Below, one piece after another: positions 1-10,067 of a stretch of DNA of 64,000 nucleotides (position 1 is the first letter of the stretch; each line of letters begins with the position of its first letter). The DNA is from an uncultured archaeon (GTDB taxonomy: Archaea; Thermoproteota; Bathyarchaeia; Bathyarchaeales; Bathycorpusculaceae), in assembly GCA_963810275.1 (NCBI GenBank), contig CAWENF010000014.1, positions 32,001 through 96,000 of the forward strand, given 5' to 3'. The translations under genes and the position numbers were made by a program. The notes under the pieces were generated by a model that saw only the letters and a list, made by a program, of their open reading frames with translations, was not told the origin of the DNA and ran no database searches.

Positions 1-23
1 CCTACTCGCAACGCAGCTATGAG

Positions 24-551
24 TTAGAGCATTTTTTCTTTGACGACAGCCAAAACGTCATCTGGCTTAATCAATGCTAATCCCGTTAGGGCGCCTAAGG
101 TTTCGATTTGAAGAACCAAATCGGGGTTGTGTAGGTCGACTTTGCGGTTTATATCGCCTGCTGCGGCTTGGATAAGGTCCTTTGAGTGAAGTTCAGTGAA
201 CCGTTTCTCGACGGTAACTCGAAAAGATTGGTTTTCACCGATTTTTTGCGCCAACTCCACTCCTGCTTTTTTGATTTGCGCCAAATCTGTGGCCACAACC
301 CGCTGGACTGGCACGATACGGAGCGCGTAGCGGAAGGCATAGGGGCGCTCGCTTAGGATTTCTCGGAACTTTGCCATCACCTCAAGGGGATCAAGGCTGG
401 TTTTAGCTACGATTAAGCCGCGAATTTTGGTTTTGGCTGCTTTGGCCTCTTGATCTCCGAGCTCATCTTTCAGGAGGAAGACTATTTCCTTGGTCATGGC
501 GCGCTCGTTACCGCGCGCTGTGGTTGCGATTAGATTGAATTCGGGTATCAT
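24..551 (-). CDS. THUMP domain RNA-binding protein (Tan1-like)
   Basis: 175 aa; C-terminal SFRVTVEKR...KVDLHNPDLVLQIE matches the THUMP pattern. Confidence 0.85.
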   Translation of the reverse strand: MIPEFNLIATTARGNERAMTKEIVFLLKDELGDQEAKAAKTKIRGLIVAKTSLDPLEVMAKFREILSERPYAFRYALRIVPVQRVVATDLAQIKKAGVELAQKIGENQSFRVTVEKRFTELHSKDLIQAAAGDINRKVDLHNPDLVLQIETLGALTGLALIKPDDVLAVVKEKML

Positions 552-942
552 TGGAGTCTCAAGCTAAACTGGGGCGGCGGGTTATTTTTGCTTTCCTGAG
601 TTCCTTTTTGTCTTTATACAAGTGTTTATATTTTTACGGTACCACAAGACGGTTGTTAATGAAGCTGTTTTGAGATTACAAAGACGATTCCTGCAACCTA
701 ATGTGGTGTGACTGCCGCTTTTTTTGTACACGCTCAATATGGCTCTCTATGTTGAAAACGGCGCAGCGTTAAAGTGATGATACATGCGACTAAGAAGAAT
801 CTATACGAAAACCGCAATAAAACTTTATAGAAAAACCGTTTTTCCCAAAAAAACACAAATATTCAGGCATCTTCCACATAAAGCTACCACTAACCATAAA
901 TGTATGAAAAGCAAATTGTCCAGTGAGGCTTAAGTACACCTA

Positions 943-1089
943 ATGTCAATGAGAGACCCAGTTTGCGGAGCTGTTCTAAACGATAACACCGCGAAGTTCA
1001 AAATATCCTATGATGGAGAAACTTACCATTTCTGCAGTTTAGGCTGCAAGAAAAGGTTCAAGCGCCAACCAACAAAATTCGTAAAGTAA
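943..1089 (+). CDS. Small YHS/TRASH-domain metal-binding protein (48 aa, not in ORF track)
   Basis: Manual translation MSMRDPVCGAVLNDNTAKFKISYDGETYHFCSLGCKKRFKRQPTKFVK; DPVCG...YxFCSxxC is the YHS signature. Confidence 0.85.
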   Translation: MSMRDPVCGAVLNDNTAKFKISYDGETYHFCSLGCKKRFKRQPTKFVK

Positions 1090-1152
1090 CATCGTTGGTC
1101 GCGGGAAGGTCAAAAAAAAGCTCCCATAGAGCAGCTAACCCAGGTTTTTACG

Positions 1153-2430
1153 CTACAATTTTTCGTTATCAGAAATATCCATCATCGCAATTCCCGAAAC
1201 TAGTTTCGGGTAAAAATCGGTGCTTTTCTCAGGCAAAACCTCATGCTGAACCGCAACCTCAACCACCGTCTTAGCAGGAATTGGATTCACCAGAAAAGCA
1301 ACACCGGCTTCTCCTCTGTCAACTCGGGCAAGTGCATCTTTGGTCCAACGCTCATAAATGATAGTTTCATCAATATCAAGCTCCCCGGTTTTCATAATCT
1401 GCCCAAAAACCAAATCCCGCAGTATGACCACATCAAAGATTTTGGTGTCCTTGGAAGCAGTTGCGTTAATGAACTCATAGACTGCCCTGTCATGCCTCAA
1501 AGTTAAGCCACAGGCTTTCTCGCCATCATACACGCAAAACGCATGCTCACCCATATGACTGCTCAAGTAGGCGTTGACGGCGTCCGCTGTTGGTTTGATT
1601 TCTTCTATGTTGAAAAAGCTACGTATACCCTCCACGACTTCGGGAGTTAACCTTTGATTCTTAAGCAGCCTGTGCGTAGGCAACACAACCAGACCCTTCT
1701 CCTCCACAGGTACAAGGAAACACATATAATAATTGAAAGCCGAATCCTGCGTCCAGTCGGTTTTGCTGCGCATTTCGTCTCGGTAAGCAACTGCGCTTTC
1801 GTATCGGTGATGTCCATCAGTGATAACCACAGCTTTTGGCGCTAAAATAGCTTGCAACTCGTCGATTTTTTGGGGGTCAGAAACTTTCCAGATTGTGTGG
1901 TGTACGCCGTATTCGTCGGTGACTTTGATAAACGGCTGGGTCTGAGCAATCTTAGCCATTAATTGTATAGACTTTTCCTGGGGGTCTTGATACATTAAAA
2001 ACACAGGTTCGAGGTCTTTCTGAACTGTTCGTAACATTTTGAGGCGATCAGCTTTGGGTGCTTTGTAAGTGGCTTCATGAGGAAACACGACGTTTTCACT
2101 GTAAGGGTAGAGTTTCATGGCGACGATTAAGCCTGTCCGTGTAAAACTTTTGCCGTTTAAGATGAATTCTTGACGAGAAACAAAAATTGCTGGCTTCGCA
2201 AGTTTAGCTATAACACCCTCCGACAGCCAACTGGTGATGCGTTGATGGGCGACATTATATTTGTCGGCTTCAGTGGGCAGAGTTAGGCGGCAGTAGTTGT
2301 AGGGGGACTTCTCGTAGTAAGCTTTCTGCATCTTTGGACTTATTTTGTCGTATGGCTGCGCTATGAGGTCTTTGGGGTTGCCTGCTTTTGGCGTGTAAGT
2401 AATGGCTCGAAACGGTTTAACATCGACCAA
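1153..2430 (-). CDS. DUF1015 family protein
   Basis: VKPFRAI..QPYDKI, PHExT, ITDGHHRYESA, PTHRLL, PEKSTDFYPKL motifs; likely TTG start at 2430 (ORF track extends to 2469); last gene of the aminotransferase-serA operon. Confidence 0.85.
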   Translation of the reverse strand: MVDVKPFRAITYTPKAGNPKDLIAQPYDKISPKMQKAYYEKSPYNYCRLTLPTEADKYNVAHQRITSWLSEGVIAKLAKPAIFVSRQEFILNGKSFTRTGLIVAMKLYPYSENVVFPHEATYKAPKADRLKMLRTVQKDLEPVFLMYQDPQEKSIQLMAKIAQTQPFIKVTDEYGVHHTIWKVSDPQKIDELQAILAPKAVVITDGHHRYESAVAYRDEMRSKTDWTQDSAFNYYMCFLVPVEEKGLVVLPTHRLLKNQRLTPEVVEGIRSFFNIEEIKPTADAVNAYLSSHMGEHAFCVYDGEKACGLTLRHDRAVYEFINATASKDTKIFDVVILRDLVFGQIMKTGELDIDETIIYERWTKDALARVDRGEAGVAFLVNPIPAKTVVEVAVQHEVLPEKSTDFYPKLVSGIAMMDISDNEKL

Positions 2431-2443
2431 GGGAGCTGTCAAC

Positions 2444-3346
2444 TCAGAGGTTAAGTCTTTCAAGCGCATCTATAATGTTATTGGCTATTTGTATGCTTGC
2501 TCTATGTTGGGCCTCGAAAGTTTGAGCACCAATATGCGGTGTAGCAATCACGTTTGGAAGCGAAAGAAGCTTGCTGTTTTTGGGCGGCTCCTCCTCAAAA
2601 ACGTCCAGTGCAGCGCCTGCGACTTTGCCTGTCACCAACGCGTTGTAGAGGGCTTCCTGGTCAATGACTCCACCGCGTGAGCAGTCGATTATGCGCACGC
2701 CTGGCTTCATCAACTCAAATTCCTTGACAGAAATCATATGCCTAGTCTTGGGTGTCAGCGGTACGTGAATTGTTATAAAGTCTGCTTGGGGCAACATTTT
2801 ACCCAACGGAACAAAACGGTCTTGCACGCATTCCTCAACTACAATCACCCGCATCCCAAACGCCAATGCTAGGCGCTCCACATCTTTACCTATGAAACCG
2901 CATCCAATAACGCCAAGTGTTCTGCCGTTAAGTTCAGTGCCCATCAACTTGTCTTTTTCCCATTTACCCTCACGCAACGAATTAGTGCCCTGCACAATGT
3001 TGCGTGCAAGCGCAATCATGTGACCAAGGGTCAGCTCGGATACGCTGATGTAAGATACATGCGGCGTGTTCACCAAGGCGATCCCCCGCTGTTTAGTACG
3101 TTCGTAATCCACGTTGTCTAAGCCTTCGCCTGCTCTGCCAATCACCTTAAGGTTTTTAGCGTTCTCTAACAGTTCGCCACGGACTTTGGTAGCGCTACGC
3201 ACAATCAAAACGTCATATTTTCCTATGATTTTGGGCATGTCGGATTTGGGGATGTCCCAGCCCCGGTTAACGCTGTACCCTTTTTTTTCGAGGAGTTTAA
3301 TGCCTTCGTCAGCGATTTTGTCGCTAACGAGGATTTTTATGGTCAC
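2444..3346 (-). CDS. serA: D-3-phosphoglycerate dehydrogenase (short form, no ACT domain)
   Basis: VRSATKV, GRAGEGLDNVD, GVIGCGFIG Rossmann motif, SRGG, DVFEEEP, TPHIGAQT. Confidence 0.85.
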   Translation of the reverse strand: MTIKILVSDKIADEGIKLLEKKGYSVNRGWDIPKSDMPKIIGKYDVLIVRSATKVRGELLENAKNLKVIGRAGEGLDNVDYERTKQRGIALVNTPHVSYISVSELTLGHMIALARNIVQGTNSLREGKWEKDKLMGTELNGRTLGVIGCGFIGKDVERLALAFGMRVIVVEECVQDRFVPLGKMLPQADFITIHVPLTPKTRHMISVKEFELMKPGVRIIDCSRGGVIDQEALYNALVTGKVAGAALDVFEEEPPKNSKLLSLPNVIATPHIGAQTFEAQHRASIQIANNIIDALERLNL

Positions 3347-4416
3347 TATAATCCCCAGATTTCTTCGATGCTTCCAATTACTTTTCTGATGCCGTCAACG
3401 TTCCATTCGCCCATGTGGCCAATGCGGAAGGTTTTCTCTTTGAGTTTGCCGTAACCAGCGGAAATCATATAACCGCGTTCGGCGAGTTTCTGGTTTAGGG
3501 CGTTGACGTCTTTGCCTTCAGAGTTTATGCAGCTAACAGTTATGGATTCGTAACCCTCTTCGGGGAACATGCTGAAGTGCCGTTTAGCCCAGCCTTGGGT
3601 GAACTTTGCCATGTCGAGGTGACGCTTGTAGACTTTGTCATAGGTTTCCTCCAGCAGCAGATCCATGCGTTTGTTGAGGGCATAGAGTAGTGAAATGTTA
3701 GGGGTGAAGGGTGTTTGGTGCTTCTTTTCAAACTCAAAAATGTCAACCAAATCGGTGTAGGCACCTCTGCTAGGAACGGTGGTGGCACGCTCAAGGGCTT
3801 TGTCGTTGACTAAGCCGACTGCGAGTCCTGGCGGTAGGGCGAAGCATTTTTGTGTGCTGCCAAAAAGCACGTCCACGTTCATTTCTTGAGGTAGCGTTTT
3901 GTCACCGGCGATTGAGCTGACTGCGTCGACGGCGAATATTGTGTTTGGGAATTCATTTTTAACGATTTTCCCTATTTCAGCAACAGGACTGCGTACTCCA
4001 GTGCTGGTTTCGTTGTGGCAAACCCATACCGTGTCGTATTTGTCCGATGCGAGTTTTTCGGCAACCATCTCGGGTTTTATAGCTTGACCCATCTCGACTT
4101 CGAGGATGTCGGCTTTTTTGCCGCATGCTGTGAAGGTTTGAGCAGCACGTTTGCTGAATGCCCCGTTAACGCATACGAGTGCTTTATTTTGTACAATGCT
4201 TCGGGCGACTATATCAAACCACAAAGTGCCTGAGCTAGTGGTTACGGTGGGTTTGTATTCGGCTGGTAACTGGAAGAACTTTGTGAGTTTTTCTGTGATT
4301 CCGCCATATAAATCGGAAAATGCTTTTTCTCTGTGCCCAATCATGTATTGGGCTTGTTCGGTTAAAACTTCTTTACTTACTTCGGTTGGACCGGGAATCA
4401 AAAGTTTTTTGTGCAT
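3346..4416 (-). CDS. Class V PLP aminotransferase (archaeal phosphoserine / serine-pyruvate aminotransferase type)
   Basis: LIPGPT, HNETSTG, VDAVSS, STQK (PLP lysine), FRIGHMG; stop/start overlap with serA. Confidence 0.85.
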   Translation of the reverse strand: MHKKLLIPGPTEVSKEVLTEQAQYMIGHREKAFSDLYGGITEKLTKFFQLPAEYKPTVTTSSGTLWFDIVARSIVQNKALVCVNGAFSKRAAQTFTACGKKADILEVEMGQAIKPEMVAEKLASDKYDTVWVCHNETSTGVRSPVAEIGKIVKNEFPNTIFAVDAVSSIAGDKTLPQEMNVDVLFGSTQKCFALPPGLAVGLVNDKALERATTVPSRGAYTDLVDIFEFEKKHQTPFTPNISLLYALNKRMDLLLEETYDKVYKRHLDMAKFTQGWAKRHFSMFPEEGYESITVSCINSEGKDVNALNQKLAERGYMISAGYGKLKEKTFRIGHMGEWNVDGIRKVIGSIEEIWGL

Positions 4417-4482
4417 GGCTAATCCTTCAGTCAGAAATGGTATTCTCTGAAAATATAAGGCTTATGCGAAGAGAATTGTGGG

Positions 4483-5641
4483 TTAGATGTCTGTTTGGTT
4501 CCAGTAGTACACTGCCTTGTAGCTGTCCGGAACCGGATAGGCAGGGTCTTCGTAGGCGATGTCCAAGTTGTACCCATAGTGACCCAGCATCAACTGCACC
4601 TTATCCCAGATGACGGGTGATTTTTCGTCGGCAGCCCAGAAACCCCAAATCTTATCCTCGGGATGACGCATGCCCCACCCATAGTTATGCGGCAAAACCA
4701 GCACTACATCTGATTGCGGCGCCCGCTCGATTTCGCCGTTTTGGATGCCGTTCCAGAGCCGCTCTATTGCGTCAAAGTGCTCCTGCTCCATAACACCATA
4801 CGGGTTAGTGCTGTTATAGGGGAAATCAAAAACTACGAGGTATTTGGCGCCAGCAGCGTAAGCGTCCCGCATCTGGCCGTAAACCTCATCGCCACCTGCA
4901 AGATACGGGGGCTCCGTGTACTTCCAAGTAACTATGACACCCCAGTCTTTGTGTTGAAAGTTTGCTGCACCACGAACCAAAGCGATGTCCTGCACCAGCG
5001 TTTGATTCCAACCTGCCTCAGCCAACATAACATCGTACCCTGACGTGTAATCAAACCAGTAAAGAGTGTAGTCGGAGCAGAAAATAGGGATACCTGCCTC
5101 TTTGAGGGCTACTGTTCCCCCATCCCGCTGGAACATCTCTTCAAATCGTTGGGCGGTGGCATCATAGTCAACGCTTTGAGGCATGTACCAGCCTGCGGCT
5201 TGGTCTATCCAGATGCCGCCCCGCTCATCATAGTAGTAGACGCCTAAGAATTTGTCACCGTATGCTGTTTTGGCGTCTTGAACAAACATTAGGCGCCAGG
5301 TAAGGTTTTTTTGTTCTAAAATGTCAGGGGCTAAGTCGCCAAAGGAGACTATGAGGTTTAAGCCTTGGACGGTGGCGTATTCGCAGATTTGGCGGGTAGC
5401 GGATTCGTTGATGCTTAGGGGTCCTGACTGCAAAATAAACAGGTTACTGTAAGCTTTGGTTTTGTCGATTAGTGCTTTGGCTTGCTCGTAGGTGTCGCCG
5501 CCAAACGCTACCCCAATATAGCAGTTTGCTTCGCCGTCTGGAGGCATCTGGCGGTGATTTAGTAAACAACAAAAAACTAACTATAACAATCAATGCAACC
5601 GCCAACAAAGCAACAGTCAAGTGTCTCTTGGGAAGCCTCAA
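4483..5641 (-). CDS. Membrane-anchored extracellular hypothetical protein, split by an apparent +1 frameshift near 5540
   Basis: N-terminal hydrophobic anchor LRLPKRHLTVALLAVALIVIVSFLLF (frame of ORF 5444-5716) joins the 354-aa ORF if one base is removed. Confidence 0.65.
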
Positions 5642-5785
5642 CCTTACACGCAACCAGAAACAAGTTCTGCCATATAAAATAATAAACGTTAAGGTAAGCA
5701 TTGAATTGGCGAGCACCGTTTATTTGAGCAGTAACTTTTATTTGCTTAAAGTTCAATTGTTGTGTGTTCTGGGCATATTTCGGGC

Positions 5786-5859
5786 GCCTCGATAGCTCAG
5801 CCCAGTGGAGCGGCTGCCTTGTAAGCAGCAGGCCGCGGGAGCAAAGCCCGCTCGAGGCT
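5786..5859 (+). tRNA. tRNA-Thr(UGU)
   Basis: Acceptor GCCTCGA/TCGAGGC, anticodon arm GCTGC-CTTGTAA-GCAGC, T stem GCGGG/CCCGC; atypical T loop AGCAAAG. Confidence 0.9.
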
Positions 5860-5921
5860 CTCCAAAAATCTTTTGTAGTAACAAAATAGCTGTCGAATAA
5901 AAGTAAGGTAAAAATGAAAAT

Positions 5922-6173
5922 TTATGCTTTTTCCGAGCCGTCTTCTGTCTTAGCTGCAAGCTTCACTTTAATCGCCTTCGTGTCATTAATCACGAGTTTG
6001 TATTTGCGGGCTTGCGTAGAAATAATTTCGTTCTCAAACAGTTTGCGCAGTGAACGGAAAACCTTCTTGTTGGTTTCACCAGATTTGTCGACGATTTCCT
6101 GCAGCATTAACTCTTTTCCTTCAGCTTGAAGTACTGCAACAACTTTTTCATCAGTCTTGTTAAGTTTTGCCAT
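5922..6173 (-). CDS. Small winged-helix protein
   Basis: 83 aa; helix pattern LQEIVDKSG...KKVFRSLRKLFENEII followed by a wing-like strand. Confidence 0.6.
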   Translation of the reverse strand: MAKLNKTDEKVVAVLQAEGKELMLQEIVDKSGETNKKVFRSLRKLFENEIISTQARKYKLVINDTKAIKVKLAAKTEDGSEKA

Positions 6174-6453
6174 AATCCAATCCTCTAATCGGTTGGTTTC
6201 TTTTTCCCATTATGGGCAGATTGCTTTTGTATTTTGCGGTTCAATTGAGCGGCGAACCATTGAAGCACTGTGGCAATCAGTGGATTTGGCGACTCCATTT
6301 TCCACAGCAAAACTTGCTAAAATCACAGGTTACACAGGGACCTTTCACGCCTATTTAACATTGTACTGTATTTTGTTTACTCATAGTCAAACCCATTCCC
6401 AAACACATGTTATAGGGTTTAGATATTCAGAAGCTGATTAAACCTATTGTCAG

Positions 6454-7080
6454 CTAAACACTAAGCTTGCCCATAAGAACCCTAAAACCACTCTCACGCG
6501 AAAGCACTTCGCAGCCGCCAAACATCGTCTCAAACAAGACAGGCAAGGTTTTGGAGCCAATTTTACTGCGGATCACCATTTGAAAAGTACCGCCACCCGA
6601 GAGGACTTTGGGCGCACCCTCGATTATCGCCTTCACAGTGTCCATACCAGCACTCACCGGCGGATTCGACAACACACAATCAAAACTGGTGCCATCGACG
6701 GGTTCATAGAGGTGACCATAGCGAACTTCAGCGTTTCGAACACGGTTTGTTTCAATATTCTGTTTGGCTAAGCGTACTGCCCGCATGTTAACGTCAGTCA
6801 TAACCACATGCAACTGAGGGTTAACTGCAGCCGCCGTGATGCCCACCGCACCGTATCCGCAGCCAATATCCAGCACGACACCTGCCTGCGGCAATATCAT
6901 AGCATCTATGAGAACATGGGTTCCTAAGTCGATTTTACGTTTAGAAAAAACGCTAGAAGAAGTCAAAAACTCTAATCTTCTGCCTCGCAAGTGGGCTTTT
7001 ATTAAGCCAAATTGGTCGTTACATTTCGGCACCGAAGTAAAGTAGTGGTCGTGGCCAATGTGTTTACTGTTCTTGGTCAT
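6454..7080 (-). CDS. Class I SAM-dependent methyltransferase (RsmC/MTS-like)
   Basis: VFS...IDLGT, LDIGCGYG motif I, SNPP motif IV. Confidence 0.88.
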   Translation of the reverse strand: MTKNSKHIGHDHYFTSVPKCNDQFGLIKAHLRGRRLEFLTSSSVFSKRKIDLGTHVLIDAMILPQAGVVLDIGCGYGAVGITAAAVNPQLHVVMTDVNMRAVRLAKQNIETNRVRNAEVRYGHLYEPVDGTSFDCVLSNPPVSAGMDTVKAIIEGAPKVLSGGGTFQMVIRSKIGSKTLPVLFETMFGGCEVLSRESGFRVLMGKLSV

Positions 7081-8080
7081 TGCCGCTCTTCCAAACTTTG
7101 GGGTAAATGTTTCTGGGCATAAGCACCCTAGCCAAAGTCGCTACCACCCCATGACGCATATCCATGATTTGCTCTGTGGAAACCTGCGCCCTGCCCAAAG
7201 CGATTGCTTCGCCTTTAAGGGTAAATATAGCACAAATACGGCTTTTCTCAATGCCCGTATCAACTTGACAAACGCCCGGAGCCGTCAAATTGGCCCCGTG
7301 GCATAATGCGTCCACTGCGGAATCTCGCACCACCATTTTGGGCAACTGAATAAGTGCATTCTCCATGGGCTCGATAAACTTGTGGAGGTAGGTTATATCT
7401 TTGGTGCGTTCGAACTCGCCAAACCAATATGCCACGTCATGCAACGTTACGCATTTTCTACTGGTTTCCGTGAAGGGTCCAGCGCGGCTTCTTCGCAGCT
7501 CCTGCATGTGACCGCCGACACCTAGGATTTCGCCTATGTCAAAGCAGAGTTTACGGATGTAAGTGCCGCCTTCACAGCCCACTTTAAACAGCACGTTTCT
7601 GCCGTCTCGCTCAAAGTAGTCAATGTAATAGATGCGCCTTGTGCGCAATGCACGCTTAACTGAGCTACGCAACGGTGGGCGCTGATAAATCTCATCCTCA
7701 AAAACTGAAAGCACATGCTTAATACTGGGCTCGTCCACGTCACCATGCAGTTTCAGCACACAAACGTATTCTTTCCCGCTGTGAAGCAGCGCCTGAACCA
7801 TCTTTGTGGCTTCCTCCAACGTGATGGGCAAGATGCCTGTAACTTTGGGGTCAAGTGTTCCACCGTGTCCTATGACGTCGATTTTGAGAATTTTTTTAGT
7901 CCATGCCGCAACTTCGTGGCTGGTAGGTCCAGCTGGTTTGTCAAGATTTATGGTGCCAAACTTGATGTACTGCTTAGCGGTACGTTCCATCGGTTTTGTG
8001 CCGTATTTTGGGTCTGTGTGACCCTCGGATTTGGTGAGTAATTCACGTTTGGTTTCCCATGGTGGAAGCATTCGAGGCAT
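7064..8080 (-). CDS. cbf5: H/ACA RNA-guided pseudouridine synthase Cbf5
   Basis: LDKPAGPTSHEV, GHGGTLDP with catalytic Asp, GTYIRKL, C-terminal PUA domain. Confidence 0.95.
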   Translation of the reverse strand: MPRMLPPWETKRELLTKSEGHTDPKYGTKPMERTAKQYIKFGTINLDKPAGPTSHEVAAWTKKILKIDVIGHGGTLDPKVTGILPITLEEATKMVQALLHSGKEYVCVLKLHGDVDEPSIKHVLSVFEDEIYQRPPLRSSVKRALRTRRIYYIDYFERDGRNVLFKVGCEGGTYIRKLCFDIGEILGVGGHMQELRRSRAGPFTETSRKCVTLHDVAYWFGEFERTKDITYLHKFIEPMENALIQLPKMVVRDSAVDALCHGANLTAPGVCQVDTGIEKSRICAIFTLKGEAIALGRAQVSTEQIMDMRHGVVATLARVLMPRNIYPKVWKSGNDQEQ

Positions 8081-8144
8081 GCCTTGACGAGTCTCCAGAG
8101 TTGAGGTAAGAAAAAGAAATACGTGGTATTAAAGTTTAAAAAGT

Positions 8145-8414
8145 TTAGAACAAAAGCGTCATTTCTTCAGTTAAGCCTGCGGCGTCGAGTGCTTGGGCTA
8201 CTTCATCGTCAGATGCGCCCCTTTTAATGTCGATTTTGTCTTCAATTGGCATGAGGTGGTTAATGTTGGCGCGTCTGCGTTTGAGACCTGTAACCTTTTT
8301 TGGTCCAGTGACTAAAACGAAGCTTTTGTCAAGGACATCGACGACGACGCCTTTGGTGCAACATTCTCGACCTGCTTGTTTTATGCATATTCTGCCGACT
8401 TCAATGGCGGGCAT
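8145..8414 (-). CDS. rpl14e: 50S ribosomal protein L14e
   Basis: MPAIEVGRICIKQAGRE...VLVTGPK.VTGLKRRRANINHL; start taken at ATG 8414. Confidence 0.93.
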   Translation of the reverse strand: MPAIEVGRICIKQAGRECCTKGVVVDVLDKSFVLVTGPKKVTGLKRRRANINHLMPIEDKIDIKRGASDDEVAQALDAAGLTEEMTLLF

Positions 8415-8787
8415 ATTTTTCTGTTCTCCTAAGGCACATGTACTGCAATCGGGAAATATAAGGATAACACAGTTTTGTTGTGATTTGTGCACATTTGGCG
8501 GCTGTTTTTGTTTGATGGTATTCGATGATATTCTTCATCTTCTCTTGGTTGGCGGCGTAAACTGTTTTTTATAGAGTACGAGGGGATTGCATACGGCACT
8601 TCCTAAAGCCCTGCCGCTAATCAACAGTTGCTCCTCCTGCTCAAGTTCACCACACAAGAACCATCAACACTCGTAAAAGAACCAACGTGACATCTTGCAC
8701 CCCAATATAGACTCAATTGAGATAAACTGCCAGAGTCGGTCTGTGAAGGTGAAGCAATTGGCGAAAGATGGTTTGCTGGAGGAATAG

Positions 8788-8991
8788 TTACAGTTTAGGT
8801 GCTGCTCCAAGCACTTTCTTCGCCCTTGAAATAAAATGAAGCAAAGCCATATTAGCGGATTGGGCGGCTAATTTAACATCGTTTAGTATTGTTTCAAACT
8901 CCGCACGATCCATAACTTGCCATATTTTTTTATCCGTTACAATGCAAGTGCCCAAACGTTTTAAAAGAAACCCAGCGTAACTTGTTTCCAT
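8788..8991 (-). CDS. Possible small hypothetical protein
   Basis: 67-aa ATG ORF in an otherwise empty interval; no recognised motif. Confidence 0.3.
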   Translation of the reverse strand: METSYAGFLLKRLGTCIVTDKKIWQVMDRAEFETILNDVKLAAQSANMALLHFISRAKKVLGAAPKL

Positions 8992-9028
8992 CTCGCAGTG
9001 AATGAATTTGAGTTTAAACTACCATTAC

Positions 9029-10067
9029 ATGCAGTTACCCCGCGAAGTCATAGTCGGAAAAAGGACCTCTAAGTCGCATTCCCGAAGTAGTATCCAGACT
9101 GGGACTAAAAGGCAAAGCCCTTGTAATCTCTGACGATAAATGCTACAAGGTAGCAGGCAAAAAAGTTTCAACCTACCTTCAGCAATCAGGACTCATACCT
9201 GACTTTTTACTTATCAAAGCTATGACTGTTGACGAGTTAATAGTAGTTGAGAAAGTCCTCAAGGAGCAGAAGCCACGAGTGGTTTTCGGAGTCGGTGGCG
9301 GAACCATAATAGATGCCTCCAAACTTAGCAGCGCAAGCCAAAACATCCCGTTTGTCAGCGTCCCGACCACGGTTAGCCACGACGGTATCGCTAGCCCCTT
9401 AGCTTCCGTTAAAGGTTCAGACAAACCCTACTCGGTCCTCGCCCAAGCCCCCATGGCAATAATCGCCGACACAACAGTCATCTCTAAAGCTCCATGGCGC
9501 TTTGTCATAAGCGGCTGCGGCGACATAATCAGCAAATTCACTGCCGTAAAAGACTGGGAACTCGCACACCAAGAAAAGGGCGAATACTACGGCGGATACG
9601 CAGCCAGCCTCGCACTTATGAGTGCTAAACTGGTGACAGAAAACGCACAGTTGATTGTAAAAAAGAAAGACGAAGGCTTACGCGTACTAATCGAGGCGTT
9701 GATTAGCTGCGGAGTAGCCATGAGCATCGCTGGCAGCAGCAGGCCATGCAGCGGCGCTGAGCACCTCTTCAGCCACGCCCTAGACATACTTAACCACAAT
9801 CATGCCATGCACGGAGAACAATGCGGCGTAGGAGCAATCCTAACCAGTTTCCTCCACGGATCTAACTGGCAAAAAATCAAAGCCACCCTTCAAAAATTAG
9901 GCGCACCCACCACTGCACACGAATTAGGAATAAAAGATATGGAATTAGTTAAGGCGTTGCAGGTGGCGGCACAAATCCGCCCAGAACGGTACACTATCCT
10001 GCACAAGCTCAACTTGGGCTTTGACGCCTGCGAAACCGTCGCCCGAGCAACCGGCATCATAAGCTAA
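9029..10067 (+). CDS. egsA: sn-glycerol-1-phosphate dehydrogenase (N-terminus frameshifted near 9060)
   Basis: MQLPREVIVG upstream in another frame; GVGGGTIID, PTTVSHDGIASP, SRPCSGAEHLFSH, HGEQCG. Confidence 0.92.

Noticed and set aside
770-840. C/D box sRNA (GTGATGA near 774)
   Set aside because: No CTGA D box at a suitable distance.
8415-8790. rpl34e or cmk expected upstream of rpl14e
   Set aside because: No matching translation was found in the frames examined.
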